The notes: generated by a model from the letters alone, not told the origin. DNA of 64,000 bases from Comamonas sp. (GCA_034675705.1 JAUCCZ010000006.1:690112-754111); one strand, 5' to 3'; counted from the stretch's first letter, positions 1 to 12,575 are shown. Translations and numbers: made by a program.

Positions 1-775
1 GGTAGAGGCCATCGCCCAGCAGCCCCAGGCCCAAGGTGGCCATGTGTACACGCAGCTGGTGGCGTTTGCCGCTGATGGGCTCCAGCCGGTAGCGGCCCCA
101 ATGCAGGTTGTGTTCCAGCAACTGCATGCGGGTAAAGCTGTTGGGGGGGCCCGGCACTTCCTGCATGCGGATGAAGTGGCCGCTTTCGGCCATGCGGCTG
201 GCGTGTTCGCGCGGGAATGGGATGTCTGGCCGGTAGGGAGCGATGGCCTCGTACACCTTGTGTACGCTGCGGTCGCGAAACAGCGCTTGGTAGGCGCCCC
301 GGTCGGCGCGGCGGGTGGAGAGCAGCACCAGGCCGGCAGTGTCTCGGTCAATGCGGTGGATGGGAGACAGGTCGGGCAGGCCCAGGGTGTTTTTCAGCTG
401 CACCAGCAAGGTGTTTTGCACGTAGCGCCCGCCGGGGGTTACGGGCAGGAAATGCGGCTTGTCGGCTACGACCAGATGCGCGTCCTGGTACAGCACCTGG
501 GCGTGAAACGGCATGGGGGGCTCTTGCGCCACTTCGCGGTAGTAGTACACGCGCAGGCCCGCCAGGAAGGGGGTACTTGCCGTTACCAGGCGGCCCAGCT
601 CGTCCACCACTTCCCCTGCGGCCATGCGCCGCAGCCAATCGGCCAGGGGGACGGCGGGCAGGCGCTGGCACAAATACGCCAAGGTGCTACCGCTGCCCTG
701 GCTGGGCAGCACCACGCAACTGGGTTTGACACCCGCACGAATGGGCAGCACTTGGGGGTCGTGGGGGTTGTACAT
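1..775 (-). CDS. RluA-family RNA pseudouridine synthase (C-terminus runs off window start)
   Basis: Not in the ORF track; manual minus-strand translation from ATG at 775 gives MYNPHDPQVLP...VVADKPHFLPVTP...IHRIDRDTAGLVLL (catalytic HRxDxxTxG motif)...GKRHQLRVHMA. Confidence 0.9.
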   Translation of the reverse strand, partial: MYNPHDPQVLPIRAGVKPSCVVLPSQGSGSTLAYLCQRLPAVPLADWLRRMAAGEVVDELGRLVTASTPFLAGLRVYYYREVAQEPPMPFHAQVLYQDAHLVVADKPHFLPVTPGGRYVQNTLLVQLKNTLGLPDLSPIHRIDRDTAGLVLLSTRRADRGAYQALFRDRSVHKVYEAIAPYRPDIPFPREHASRMAESGHFIRMQEVPGPPNSFTRMQLLEHNLHWGRYRLEPISGKRHQLRVHMATLGLGLLGDGLY

Positions 776-780
776 AAAAA

Positions 781-880
781 CTATGATTTACATAGCTGGT
801 TGCGCTGGTATTTATTGAATTTCAGCTATAAACCATGCTGAAATCTAATAAACACCAGCGCTAACAGCTATGAATTTGAA
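781..880. repeat. Dispersed AGCTG-core repeat, inverted pair
   Basis: catagctggttgcgctggtatttatt...aataaacaccagcgctaacagctatg; supplies the waaA TAG. Confidence 0.7.
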
Positions 881-2166
881 TACTTCTTCTGCAGCATGAC
901 CCGCACGATGGCCTGGGCCTGGGCTTGGGCAGCGCCCCGGTGGGCCTGGGCAAAAGCCAGGGCTGCTTGGTGGGCCGCTTCCAGGGCATGGGGATGGTGC
1001 AGCCAGCCGATGGCCAGGGTTAGCGCTTGCGCTATGTCTTGGGCGCGTTGTGCGGCGCCGCTGGCGCAGGCTTGTTCGGCCGCTTGGCTGAAGTTGAAGG
1101 TATGCGGCCCCAGCACCAGCGGGCAGGCGCAGGCAGCCGCTTCAATCAAATTCTGTCCGCCCAGGGGGGCAAAGCTGGCCCCCAGCAGCCCGGCGTGGGC
1201 GCTGGCGTAGTACAGGGGCATTTCGCCCAGGCTGTCGCCCAGCCAGACATCCACATCGTGCGGGGGCAGGCGCTCGCCCCACTGGCTGCGCCGGGCAACG
1301 CGCAGGCCAGCTTGGGTCAAGAGCTGCTCCACCGCCGCAAAGCGCGGGGGGTGGCGCGGCACGATGAGCCATTGCACCTGCTGGGCATCAGGGTTATTGC
1401 GCCAGGCATCCAGCCAGGCTTGTTCTTCCCCCTCGCGGGAGCTGGCCAGCAGCAGCACCGGGCGGCGGCTGGCCGCGCGCCAGGCAGCGCCTTGGGCCAG
1501 CAGGGCGGGGTCGGGCTGGGCATCAAACTTCAAATTTCCCAGCACGTTGGGGGTGGGGGCGCCCAGCTGCGCCAGGCGCTCGGCGTCTTCCTGGGTCTGT
1601 GCCAGGACTGCAGCCAAGGCGGCATACGCCGGGCGCGAGAGGCTGGCCCAGCGCCGGGCCCCGGCAAAAGAGCGGGCATTGAGCCGCGCATTGGCCAGCA
1701 CCAGCGGCACCCCGGCCTTGCTGCAGGCGGCAACCAGGTTGGGCCAGACTTCGGTTTCCATCAACACGCCCACCAGGGGCTGGAATTGCTGCACAAAGCG
1801 CTGCACGGCGCTGGGGGTGTCCCAGGGCAGCCAGACTTGCACGTCTCCGGGTTGTAAAAGGGCTTCGCCCGCTTCCCGGCCTGTGGCGGTGCTGTGGGTC
1901 AGCAGCAGGCGCAACTGCGGAAGGTTGGCCCGCAGCGCCGCCAGCAGCAGTGCAGCGGCCCGGGTCTCCCCCAGCGAGACGGCGTGTATCCACAGCCACT
2001 GCCCGGCACCGTCGCGCCCCAGGTTGTCGGGCTGGTAGTAGCCAAAGCGTTCGGGCAGCGCCTGGGCGTAGCCGGGCTCGGCCTGGGCGCGGCGGCGCAG
2101 CTTGCGCCGTAGCAGGGGCTGTGCGGCCCATGCCAGCACACTGTAGAGAGCACGTGCCCAAGCCAT
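868..2166 (-). CDS. waaA: 3-deoxy-D-manno-octulosonic acid (Kdo) transferase
   Basis: WIHAVSLGET, ETEVWPN, GNLKFD, LGDSLGEM, GGQNLIEAA motifs. Confidence 0.95.
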   Translation of the reverse strand: MAWARALYSVLAWAAQPLLRRKLRRRAQAEPGYAQALPERFGYYQPDNLGRDGAGQWLWIHAVSLGETRAAALLLAALRANLPQLRLLLTHSTATGREAGEALLQPGDVQVWLPWDTPSAVQRFVQQFQPLVGVLMETEVWPNLVAACSKAGVPLVLANARLNARSFAGARRWASLSRPAYAALAAVLAQTQEDAERLAQLGAPTPNVLGNLKFDAQPDPALLAQGAAWRAASRRPVLLLASSREGEEQAWLDAWRNNPDAQQVQWLIVPRHPPRFAAVEQLLTQAGLRVARRSQWGERLPPHDVDVWLGDSLGEMPLYYASAHAGLLGASFAPLGGQNLIEAAACACPLVLGPHTFNFSQAAEQACASGAAQRAQDIAQALTLAIGWLHHPHALEAAHQAALAFAQAHRGAAQAQAQAIVRVMLQKKYSNS

Positions 2167-2181
2167 GTGATTGCCTAGGCT

Positions 2182-3570
2182 TTAGTGCGCGGCGCTGCCC
2201 ACTTGGGCATCGGGCTTGACCTGGCGCAGCGCAGCCAGCATGGCCGCTTCAATGCGCTTCAGGGCGGCGGGGGTGTGGCCTTCAAAGCGCAGCACCAGCA
2301 CCGGGGTGGTGTTGCTGGCGCGAATCAGGCCAAAGCCATCGGGCCAATCCACGCGCAGGCCGTCGATGGTGGAGATTTCCGCCGGGGCGCTAAACAACTG
2401 CGGGGCCAGGGCCTGCAGCTGTGCGGCCAGGGCGTGGGGTTCGCCCTCGGCGCAGGCCACGTTCAGCTCGGGCGTGCTGTGGCTGAGCGGCAGGGCGTTG
2501 AGCACGGCGCTGGGGTCACTACTGCGGCTGACAATTTCCAGCAGGCGGCAACCTGCGTAGGTGCCGTCGTCAAAGCCGTACCAGCGTTCTTTAAAGAAGA
2601 TGTGGCCGCTCATCTCGCCGCCCAGGGGGGCGTTGAGTTCTTTCATGCGGGCTTTAACCAGGGAATGGCCGGTTTTATACATATGCGGCACGCCCCCGGC
2701 AGCGCGAATCGCCGGTGCCAGTTGCTGGCTGCATTTGACGTCAAACAAAATGGGGGCGCCCGGGTTGCGCGAGAGCACGTCCTGGGCGAACAGCACCAGT
2801 TGGCGGTCGGGGAAGATGTTTTGGCCGTCCTTGGTGACGATGCCCAGGCGGTCGCCGTCGCCATCAAAGGCCAGGCCCAGCTCGGCATCGGTGGTGGCCA
2901 GGGCGTGCATCAGGTCTTGCAGGTTCTCGGGCTTGCTGGGGTCGGGGTGGTGGTTGGGGAAGGTGCCGTCCACCTCGGAAAACAGCTCGACCACCTCGCA
3001 GCCCAGGGCGCGGAAGATGCCCGGTGCCGTGGCCCCGGCAATGCCGTTGCCGCTATCGACAACGATTTTCATGGGGCGCTGCAAGGTCACATCACCCAGG
3101 ATGCGCGCTTGGTAGGCGGGCAGCACATCGGCCTGGCGCAGGCTGGCACCGCCTTGCAACTGCCAGTCTTGCGCCTGGATGCAGCGCAGCAGGCTTTGGA
3201 TTTCTTCGCCATAAATAGCGCGACCCGCCAGCACCATCTTGAAGCCGTTGTAGTCCTTGGGGTTGTGGCTGCCCGTGACCTGGATGCCGCTGGCGCACAG
3301 GGTGCTGGCAGCAAAATACAGCATGGGGGTGGTGCAGGGGCCGATGTCGATCACGCTCACGCCCACGTCCATCAGCCCGGCGATCAAGGCCGTAGCCAGC
3401 TCCGGCCCGGACAGGCGGCCATCACGCCCTACGGCCACGGTGGTTTGTTCAGCCTGCCGCGCCGCCATGCCAAAGGCCCGGCCCAGGGCGCGGGCCACGT
3501 CGGCATTCAAGGTCGTGGGCACGATGCCGCGCACATCGTAGGCTTTGAAAATAGAGGGGGAGATTTGCAT
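2182..3570 (-). CDS. algC: Phosphomannomutase/phosphoglucomutase
   Basis: IFKAYDVRG start, TGSHNP phosphoserine loop, FDGDGDR metal loop, GEMSGH; start placed at MQISPS. Confidence 0.93.
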   Translation of the reverse strand: MQISPSIFKAYDVRGIVPTTLNADVARALGRAFGMAARQAEQTTVAVGRDGRLSGPELATALIAGLMDVGVSVIDIGPCTTPMLYFAASTLCASGIQVTGSHNPKDYNGFKMVLAGRAIYGEEIQSLLRCIQAQDWQLQGGASLRQADVLPAYQARILGDVTLQRPMKIVVDSGNGIAGATAPGIFRALGCEVVELFSEVDGTFPNHHPDPSKPENLQDLMHALATTDAELGLAFDGDGDRLGIVTKDGQNIFPDRQLVLFAQDVLSRNPGAPILFDVKCSQQLAPAIRAAGGVPHMYKTGHSLVKARMKELNAPLGGEMSGHIFFKERWYGFDDGTYAGCRLLEIVSRSSDPSAVLNALPLSHSTPELNVACAEGEPHALAAQLQALAPQLFSAPAEISTIDGLRVDWPDGFGLIRASNTTPVLVLRFEGHTPAALKRIEAAMLAALRQVKPDAQVGSAAH

Positions 3571-3589
3571 GGAGCCAGACCGAGGGGAG

Positions 3590-3618
3590 AAAAAAAAAGC
3601 GGGGCATTGCTGCCCCGC
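3590..3618 (-). terminator. Intrinsic terminator after prpE
   Basis: Minus strand gcggggca-gcaa-tgccccgc followed by a T9 tract. Confidence 0.75.
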
Positions 3619-3644
3619 CGCATTGTAGTGGCGCAAATTTATGC

Positions 3645-5549
<1,905 letters not shown>

Positions 5550-5690
5550 GGTGTTTGTCTCCTTTTGTCGTAATTAGTGTCATTCTTTATAAAACACTCT
5601 TGCGCAAAACTGACAAATCAACCCCATCAGTATTTCTGCGGAGCAGCATTGTCCGCTTGGCAACATTTCTATGATTTCAAAGGATTTTTT

Positions 5691-5951
5691 ATGTGGCTGT
5701 TAAGCGTAGCCGTGCTGTTGGCGCTCCTCAAATACCTGGTGCAGCAAGAAATCTTGGCCTGGGCCTGGGTGGCGCAGTTGTCGTGGTGGTGGGTGATCGG
5801 CGTTTTTGGCGCAACAGCGGCCTGGTGGGCCTATGCCGATGCCTCGGGCCTGACCACCCGCAAAGCCCAGGAGCGCCTGGCCGAGCGCAAATTGGAGCGT
5901 GAGCGCAAAAATCGCGAAGCCCTGGGGGCCCGCCCCCGGCGTGGCAAGTAA
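5691..5951 (+). CDS. Small Trp-rich membrane protein (TIGR04438-like)
   Basis: MWLLSVAVLL...LSWWWVIG...AWWAYADASGLT..KAQER, with a basic C-terminal tail. Confidence 0.7.
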   Translation: MWLLSVAVLLALLKYLVQQEILAWAWVAQLSWWWVIGVFGATAAWWAYADASGLTTRKAQERLAERKLERERKNREALGARPRRGK

Positions 5952-6126
5952 CGGGACAGCTAAACCCAACAGCTACTAGCGCTTGTCGTGGGCTGGGGTC
6001 GTTAATTACGCATACCAAGGGGTGTTTCAGCCTGGGGTTTGGGGCTGGGCAGCAGGCCCTGCTGGGCATAATGACCCATCTTGGCCCGCGTGGGCGGGCC
6101 TTTGGTTTGACTTGAAGAGACACGCT

Positions 6127-7983
6127 ATGCCTGCTTACCGCTCCAAAACCTCCACCGCTGGCCGCAATATGGCTGGTGCCCGTGCCCTGTGGCGTGCCAC
6201 GGGGATGAAAGACGCCGACTTTCAAAAGCCCATCATCGCGGTGGTCAACTCCTTTACCCAGTTTGTGCCCGGCCACGTGCACCTCAAAGACATGGGGCAA
6301 CTGGTGGCGCGGGAAATTGAGGCAGCGGGCGGCGTTGCCAAAGAGTTCAACACCATTGCTGTCGATGACGGCATCGCCATGGGGCACGACGGCATGCTGT
6401 ATTCCCTGCCCAGCCGGGATGTGATTGCCGACTCGGTCGAATACATGGTCAACGCCCACTGCGCGGACGCCATGGTGTGTATCTCCAATTGCGACAAAAT
6501 CACCCCCGGCATGCTGATGGCCGCCATGCGCCTGAACATTCCAGTGATTTTTGTCTCCGGTGGGCCGATGGAAGCGGGCAAGGTCTCGCTTCTCAAACCC
6601 GAAACCAAGACTTTCCACGCGAAAAAGCTCGATTTGATCGACGCCATGGTCATGGCCGCAGACGAGCATGCCACCGATGCCGAGGTTGCAGAAGTGGAGC
6701 GCAGCGCCTGCCCCACCTGCGGTTCTTGTTCGGGCATGTTTACCGCCAACTCCATGAACTGCTTGACTGAAGCCATGGGCCTGGCCCTGCCCGGCAACGG
6801 CACGCTTTTGGCCACCCACGCCGATCGGGAAGCCCTGTTCAAACAGTCCGGGCGGCGCATTGTCGAGTTGACGCGCCAGTACTACGAAGGTGGCGATGAG
6901 CGCGTCCTGCCGCGCTCCGTGGGCTTTAAGGCATTTGAAAACGCCATGGCGCTGGATATTGCCATGGGCGGCTCCACCAACACCATCTTGCACCTGCTGG
7001 CCATTGCCCAGGAAGCCGAGATCGCCTTCACCATGCAGGACATTGACCGCCTCTCGCGCGTCATTCCCCAGTTGTGCAAGGTAGCGCCCAACACTGAGAA
7101 GTACCACGTCGAAGACGTACACCGCGCAGGCGGCATTTTCGCCATCCTGGGTGAGCTCGACCGCGCCGGCAAGCTGCATACCGACACGCCCACCGTCCAC
7201 GCGCCTTCCCTGGGCGATGCCTTGGCGCACTGGGACGTGGTGCGCACCCAGGACGAAGCGGTGCACACCTTCTATAAAGCCGGCCCTGGGGGCATCCCCA
7301 CCCAAGTGGCGTTTAGCCAAAGCGCCCGCTGGCCCAGTCTGGACCTGGACCGCGCCCTGGGCTGTATCCGCTCGTACGACCATGCCTTTAGCAAGGAAGG
7401 CGGCTTGGCGATTTTGGTCGGCAATATCGCCCTGGACGGCTGCGTTGTGAAAACCGCAGGCGTAGACGATTCCATCCTGGTGTTTGAAGGCCCGGCCCAC
7501 GTGGTCGAAAGCCAGGACGAAGCCGTCGCCCACATCCTGGGCGACCAGGTCAAGGCCGGTGACGTGGTCGTGGTGCGCTATGAGGGCCCCAAGGGCGGCC
7601 CCGGCATGCAGGAGATGCTCTACCCCACCAGCTACATCAAGAGCAAAGGCCTGGGCGCTGCCTGTGCACTACTCACCGACGGACGCTTTTCGGGGGGTAC
7701 CTCTGGCTTATCGATTGGCCACTGCTCGCCCGAAGCGGCAGCGGGCGGCGCTATTGGCCTGGTGCAAAACGGCGACCGCATCCGCATCGACATTCCCAAC
7801 CGCAGCATCAATGTGCTGGTCAGTGATGAAGAACTGGCCCGCCGCCGTGCTGCACAAGACGCCCAGGGCTGGAAGCCTGCGGCGCCGCGCCCGCGTAAAG
7901 TCTCTGCAGCGCTAAAAGCCTATGCCAAGCTGGTGACCAGTGCCGATAAAGGCGCCGTGCGCGACATCAGCCTGCTGGATTGA
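6127..7983 (+). CDS. ilvD: Dihydroxy-acid dehydratase
   Basis: [61 protein letters not shown]. Confidence 0.97.
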   Translation: MPAYRSKTSTAGRNMAGARALWRATGMKDADFQKPIIAVVNSFTQFVPGHVHLKDMGQLVAREIEAAGGVAKEFNTIAVDDGIAMGHDGMLYSLPSRDVIADSVEYMVNAHCADAMVCISNCDKITPGMLMAAMRLNIPVIFVSGGPMEAGKVSLLKPETKTFHAKKLDLIDAMVMAADEHATDAEVAEVERSACPTCGSCSGMFTANSMNCLTEAMGLALPGNGTLLATHADREALFKQSGRRIVELTRQYYEGGDERVLPRSVGFKAFENAMALDIAMGGSTNTILHLLAIAQEAEIAFTMQDIDRLSRVIPQLCKVAPNTEKYHVEDVHRAGGIFAILGELDRAGKLHTDTPTVHAPSLGDALAHWDVVRTQDEAVHTFYKAGPGGIPTQVAFSQSARWPSLDLDRALGCIRSYDHAFSKEGGLAILVGNIALDGCVVKTAGVDDSILVFEGPAHVVESQDEAVAHILGDQVKAGDVVVVRYEGPKGGPGMQEMLYPTSYIKSKGLGAACALLTDGRFSGGTSGLSIGHCSPEAAAGGAIGLVQNGDRIRIDIPNRSINVLVSDEELARRRAAQDAQGWKPAAPRPRKVSAALKAYAKLVTSADKGAVRDISLLD

Positions 7984-8042
7984 ATGGCGGGAAACAGCCC
8001 CGCGTGTAAAAACCAAGGGGACAGGGGGCCACTCGCGCGGCC

Positions 8043-8513
8043 CTAGTCCTCTTCTTTTTTGGCCTTGTGGATGATGGTGGGCTCCAGCGCCACTGGCGGT
8101 TGGAGCAGTGGTAAACCTGGCAGCAAGTCAGCCAGGGTGTATTGGTCCAAATGGGCTAAAAACGCTTTGAGCGCCCCATCCAAAATATTTGTCAGGCGGC
8201 AATTGCCTGCCAACAGGCAACTGCTCGAATCATCCAAAAAGCATTCCACCAACGCCAGGCTCGGCTCAATACTGCGCACCACCGCACCTACACGAATTTC
8301 AGCCGGTGGGTAGGCCAGGCGGATACCGCCGCCCTTGCCACGCACCGTGGTCAGCCACCCTTGCAGCGCCAGCTGGTGGGTGACTTTCATCAAATGGGTT
8401 TGGGAGATTTGCTGCGCCTGCGCTACTTCGGCGATAGTGCACAGGCGATCGGGGTGCTGGGCCACATGCATAAGCAGGCGTAGCGCAAAATCAGTGAGAG
8501 AGGTCAGTCGCAT
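8043..8513 (-). CDS. nsrR: Rrf2-family regulator, NsrR-like (three Fe-S Cys)
   Basis: MRLTSLTDFALR start, RGKGGG wing, ECF...C...C cluster ligands. Confidence 0.75.
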   Translation of the reverse strand: MRLTSLTDFALRLLMHVAQHPDRLCTIAEVAQAQQISQTHLMKVTHQLALQGWLTTVRGKGGGIRLAYPPAEIRVGAVVRSIEPSLALVECFLDDSSSCLLAGNCRLTNILDGALKAFLAHLDQYTLADLLPGLPLLQPPVALEPTIIHKAKKEED

Positions 8514-8524
8514 GGTGGCTTAAA

Positions 8525-8543
8525 TATAGAATTTTTATGAATC
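8525..8543. promoter_or_regulatory. Possible NsrR-type operator
   Basis: TATAGAA-TTTTT-ATGAATC: one perfect and one partial half-site with N5 spacing versus gATGYAT-N5-ATRYATc, 12 bp upstream of the Rrf2 ATG. Confidence 0.4.
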
Positions 8544-8647
8544 TATTTCAAAATACTCTCACATATTACAAACGCACCCTGTGTATAGAGGTTTTGGTCT
8601 AGATCAGAAACCATCCATGTTATAGGGCGTAAACGCCCGGGAAATCA

Positions 8648-9271
8648 ATGATGAATGCTATTAAAAACAAAGTGATTTTGGGCTGTGTGACCGCCCTGGC
8701 CGCCGTGACGTTGGTCGGCTGCGCCAGTGCACCCAACAAGACTGCCCCCGATGGCGTGCTTGTGCAGCGCAGCGCCCAAGGTGAAGTGCAACAGGCCGCG
8801 TTTGCCCCGCGCCCCGTGACATGCGACCAGCCCTTGAACTGCCCCGTGTTGGGTCTGGCCTGGACGGCAGACAAACCCAAGCAGGCCGTACTGACGGCTG
8901 GTTTTACCCGGGGTGCGCACCCGCCTATCGAGATGGTCGAATTCCTGGCCCGCCCCTACGGCCCCATGCGTGTGCGGGCGCTGGCAGCCGAACAAGCTGA
9001 CGACCAAGCCGCTGGCAACAGCAAGATCACTGGTTTGGTGCGCTTTCAGCTCCCCATTGAAACGCTGGAGCGCCTGGCCACCTCGCACGGCGTATTGGTG
9101 CGCCTGCACGCCGGTGGTCATGTCTACGAAGAGACCATGATGACCGGCGAACATGCCAGCCCGGCGTTTAACGCCACCAAGCGTTGGCTACAGCAAATCT
9201 ACCAAGGCACGGATAAGGAAGAGGCCCTGGGCCTGCGCGGCATCTTCGCCTCGGAGCCTTATCAACGCTAA
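8648..9271 (+). CDS. Hypothetical lipoprotein
   Basis: Hydrophobic signal peptide with LVG/C lipobox, host-like codon usage, CxxxxxC pair. Confidence 0.75.
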   Translation: MMNAIKNKVILGCVTALAAVTLVGCASAPNKTAPDGVLVQRSAQGEVQQAAFAPRPVTCDQPLNCPVLGLAWTADKPKQAVLTAGFTRGAHPPIEMVEFLARPYGPMRVRALAAEQADDQAAGNSKITGLVRFQLPIETLERLATSHGVLVRLHAGGHVYEETMMTGEHASPAFNATKRWLQQIYQGTDKEEALGLRGIFASEPYQR

Positions 9272-9353
9272 GCACCGCAGTTTTTATGCCTAGACAGGGG
9301 CAGGCGGGAAAATTTAGGCATGATTGCGGGTTTTTCCCAAACACACGCAAGCG

Positions 9354-10409
9354 ATGATTGATATTCAGGATCTGTCCCTGACCTACCGGGGCGCCCAAGG
9401 GCCGGTGCATGCCTTAAAGAACATCCAACTGCATATCAATGCAGGGGAAATCTTCGGCATCATCGGGCGCAGCGGCGCCGGGAAAAGCTCCTTGGTGCGC
9501 TGCATCAACCTGCTCAACCGCCCCAGCAGTGGGCGCATGGTGGTCAATGGCCGGGACTTGATGCAGCTTGGCGCTGCCCAACTGCGCCAGGCGCGCCAGG
9601 AAATTGGCATGGTGTTTCAGCACTTTAATTTGCTGTCCTCGCGCACCGTATTCGATAACGCAGCGCTGCCGCTGGAGCTCGCTGGCGTAGGCCGTGCAGA
9701 AATTGCCCAACGTGTCATGCCGCTGTTGGAGCTGGTGGGGCTGGCCCACTTGGCCGACCGCTACCCGGCGCAAATCTCTGGCGGGCAAAAGCAGCGCGTG
9801 GGTATTGCCCGGGCCTTGGCCAGCAACCCCAAGGTGCTGCTCTCAGACGAGGCCACCAGTGCGCTGGACCCCGAAACCACCCGCTCCATCTTGGACTTGC
9901 TGCGCCAGGTCAACCGCGAGCTGGGCGTCACCGTCGTGCTCATTACCCACCAAATGCAGGTCATCAAGCACATTGCCGACCGCGTTGCGGTGATGGACGC
10001 CGGCCAGGTGGTGGAAATGGGGCCGGTGCTCCAGGTATTTACCCAGCCGCAGCAAGCCATCACCCACAGCCTGATCGACGAAATCGTGCCCCAGGAGCTG
10101 CCCGCCAGCGTGCTCGCGCGCGTCCAGACCCTGGCAGCCCAACTGCCCGCCCACCAAACCGGGCAATTGCTGCGCCTGGCCTATGCGGGCGACTCTGCCT
10201 ACCAGCCTGTGCTGTCGCACCTGATTCGGGAGCTGGGGCTGGATTTATCCATCCTGCATGGGCAAATTGACGAAATTCAGGGTCAGACCTTTGGCTCCTT
10301 GGCCGTGTTTGCCAGTGGGCAAGCGGCGCAAATCCAGGCGGCCATGGGGTATCTAGAACGCAGCGGCGTGCAGGTGCAGGCCGTAGCGCAGGGAGAACAC
10401 AATGTTTGA
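9354..10409 (+). CDS. metN: Methionine ABC transporter ATP-binding protein
   Basis: [33 protein letters not shown]-terminal NIL domain. Confidence 0.95.
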   Translation: MIDIQDLSLTYRGAQGPVHALKNIQLHINAGEIFGIIGRSGAGKSSLVRCINLLNRPSSGRMVVNGRDLMQLGAAQLRQARQEIGMVFQHFNLLSSRTVFDNAALPLELAGVGRAEIAQRVMPLLELVGLAHLADRYPAQISGGQKQRVGIARALASNPKVLLSDEATSALDPETTRSILDLLRQVNRELGVTVVLITHQMQVIKHIADRVAVMDAGQVVEMGPVLQVFTQPQQAITHSLIDEIVPQELPASVLARVQTLAAQLPAHQTGQLLRLAYAGDSAYQPVLSHLIRELGLDLSILHGQIDEIQGQTFGSLAVFASGQAAQIQAAMGYLERSGVQVQAVAQGEHNV

Positions 10410-11067
10410 AAACTTCTCACCCATGATGCTGGAGCTGTTTGCCGATGCGCTGTGGGAGACCGTCGTCATGGTCGGCGTCTCCGGCGTGTTGGGCGCTTTG
10501 TTTGGCATTCCCCTGGGCGTGTTTTTACGCCTGACCGACCAAGGCGGGGTGCTGCAAAACGCGCCGCTCAATGCCACGGTTGGCGGCATCGTCAACGCCG
10601 CACGCTCCACGCCTTTCATTATTTTGCTGGTGGCCATCATTCCCTTTACCCGCTGGGTGACGGGCACGTCCATTGGCACCTGGGCCGCCGTGGTGCCCCT
10701 GACCGTCGCGGTTGCCCCTTTCATCGCCCGCCTGGTGGAAACCGCGCTGCGCGAGGTCGATAGCGGCCTGGTGGAAGCGGCCCAATCCATGGGCGCCACC
10801 ACCAGCCAAATCGTCTTCAAGGTGCTGTTGCCCGAAGCCATGCCCGGCATCGTGGCGGCGCTCACCATCAGCTTGGTGAGCTTGACGGGCTACTCCGCCA
10901 TGGCCGGAGCCGTCGGCGGCGGTGGCTTGGGGGACTTGGGCATTCGCTACGGCTACCAGCGCTTTTTGCCCGATGTCATGCTGGCCGTGGTGGTGATCTT
11001 GATTGTGTTCGTCCAGGCCATCCAAAGCTTTGGCGACTGGCTGGTACGGCGCATGAGCCATAAATAA
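10402..11067 (+). CDS. metI: Methionine ABC transporter permease
   Basis: [39 protein letters not shown]; overlaps the metN stop. Confidence 0.95.
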   Translation: MFENFSPMMLELFADALWETVVMVGVSGVLGALFGIPLGVFLRLTDQGGVLQNAPLNATVGGIVNAARSTPFIILLVAIIPFTRWVTGTSIGTWAAVVPLTVAVAPFIARLVETALREVDSGLVEAAQSMGATTSQIVFKVLLPEAMPGIVAALTISLVSLTGYSAMAGAVGGGGLGDLGIRYGYQRFLPDVMLAVVVILIVFVQAIQSFGDWLVRRMSHK

Positions 11068-11121
11068 GAAGCCCTAGGAAGCCGCGAAGGCGCTGTCCCG
11101 CACAGGGGTAGCGCCCCTTTT

Positions 11122-11433
11122 TTATGGATCCAGGCGGGCCAGGGCTTCAAGCAGGCCCCATTGGTTGGCCAGAATCTGGTATTGCCCGGTTTGGCCGGTT
11201 TTTTGGCTCTCGCCCTCAATCACCACCACGTTGCCCAGGGCCTGGGCTGGCGATAGGGGTTTGATTTTGTCGTACTGGTACTTTTCGGCAATGTCGCCGC
11301 GAAAGCTGATCAGCTTGGGGTTGCCGGTGCCCATTTGTTGGGCGTGGATGCTCAAGGTGCGCTGGCGGGTCACTTCGCTCAGGCCTTGGGTGATGGCTTT
11401 TTCCAGGGACGGGGGCGTGGTGTTGTCGGTCAT
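11122..11433 (-). CDS. Small hypothetical protein (103 aa)
   Basis: Codon usage looks coding; MTDNTTPPSLEKAITQG...QILANQWGLLEALARL; no motif recognised. Confidence 0.65.
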   Translation of the reverse strand: MTDNTTPPSLEKAITQGLSEVTRQRTLSIHAQQMGTGNPKLISFRGDIAEKYQYDKIKPLSPAQALGNVVVIEGESQKTGQTGQYQILANQWGLLEALARLDP

Positions 11434-11548
11434 GGGCTGCAGGCTCTTTGTTACCAAGATAGCTGGGCATCATGCCAGCCCGCTGTCGGCTTGGTAAGGG
11501 GATAAGGCCCGATAGCGCTACCCCTGTAGGTTTGCTGCGACGCTGGGC

Positions 11549-11576
11549 AAAAAAATGCCGCCCGGCAGGGGCGGCA
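11549..11576 (-). terminator. Intrinsic terminator after metQ
   Basis: Minus strand tgccgccc-ctgcc-gggcggca followed by a T tract. Confidence 0.7.
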
Positions 11577-11608
11577 GTGGGGTCAAGTGCTAGGCGCGCG
11601 TGCTGTAT

Positions 11609-12394
11609 TTAGAACGCGGGCACTACGGCACCTTTGTATTTTTCTTCAATGAATTTTTTGGTTTCGGGGCTGTGCAGGGCTTGCATCAGCTTGGCGATGT
11701 CGGCGCTGTCGGCCTGGTCCTTACGGGCCGCCACGATGTTGGTGTAGGGCGAATCGGCCCCTTCAATGAACAGCGCATCCTTGGTGGGGTTGAGCTTGGC
11801 TTCCATGGCGTAGTTGGTGTTGATGAGAGCCAGGTCTACGTCCGCCAGGGCGCGGGGCAGCAAGGGGGCTTCCAGCTCTTTGAACTTGAGTTTTTTCGGG
11901 TTCTTCACCACATCCAGCGGGGTGGGGGTCAGGCTAGCGGGGTCTTTGAGCTCAATCAGCCCTTGCTTGGCCAGCAAGATCAAGGCGCGGCCACCGTTGG
12001 AGGGGTCGTTGGGGATGGCTACCGTGGCGCCGTCTTTGAGTTCGCTCACGTTTTTAATTTTGCTGGAATAGGCGCCAAAGGGCTCCACGTGCACTTTGCC
12101 GTTGGGCACTTGCACCAGATCGGTCTTGCGGTCTTTGTTGTAGCTGTCCAGGTAGGGCTGGTGCTGGAAGAAGTTGGCGTCCAACTGCTTGTCTTGCACG
12201 GCGGCGTTGGGTTGCACGTAATCGCTAAATTCTTTTACCTGCAGTTCCAGCCCCTGGGCCTTGAGCTGGGGTTTGATGAAGTTCAGAATTTCTGCGTGCG
12301 GCACGGCGGTGGCGGCTACTTTCAGAACGTCAGCGGCTTGGGCGGAGAAAGCCAGGGTGGCGATAGCCACGGCGGTGAGGGTTTTTTTCAGCAT
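11609..12394 (-). CDS. metQ: MetQ/NlpA-family methionine-binding protein
   Basis: PHAEIL, FSDYVQPN, DANFFQHQPYL, AIPNDPSNGGRAL, INTNYA. Confidence 0.93.
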   Translation of the reverse strand: MLKKTLTAVAIATLAFSAQAADVLKVAATAVPHAEILNFIKPQLKAQGLELQVKEFSDYVQPNAAVQDKQLDANFFQHQPYLDSYNKDRKTDLVQVPNGKVHVEPFGAYSSKIKNVSELKDGATVAIPNDPSNGGRALILLAKQGLIELKDPASLTPTPLDVVKNPKKLKFKELEAPLLPRALADVDLALINTNYAMEAKLNPTKDALFIEGADSPYTNIVAARKDQADSADIAKLMQALHSPETKKFIEEKYKGAVVPAF

Positions 12395-12575
12395 GGTTGG
12401 TATCAAATTAAAAAATCGGCACACCCTTGGGGTGATCAACCGCCAAGGACAGGAGCAGCAAGTGTAGCGCCAGCTACGAGGGCCGGGTTCAACAAAAAGG
12501 TTGTTTGGTTATAAGAAAAACAATCTTTATACAAATAAAGCTGTTTAACGGCGGCGATTCAAGCGGGGACGGCAG

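Noticed and set aside
44-841. 265-aa plus-strand ORF
   Set aside because: Antisense shadow of the RluA-family gene.
12395-12575. SAM riboswitch upstream of metQ (or of metN at 9272-9353)
   Set aside because: No SAM-I/II/V or SAM-SAH consensus recognised by eye; an Rfam scan would be decisive.
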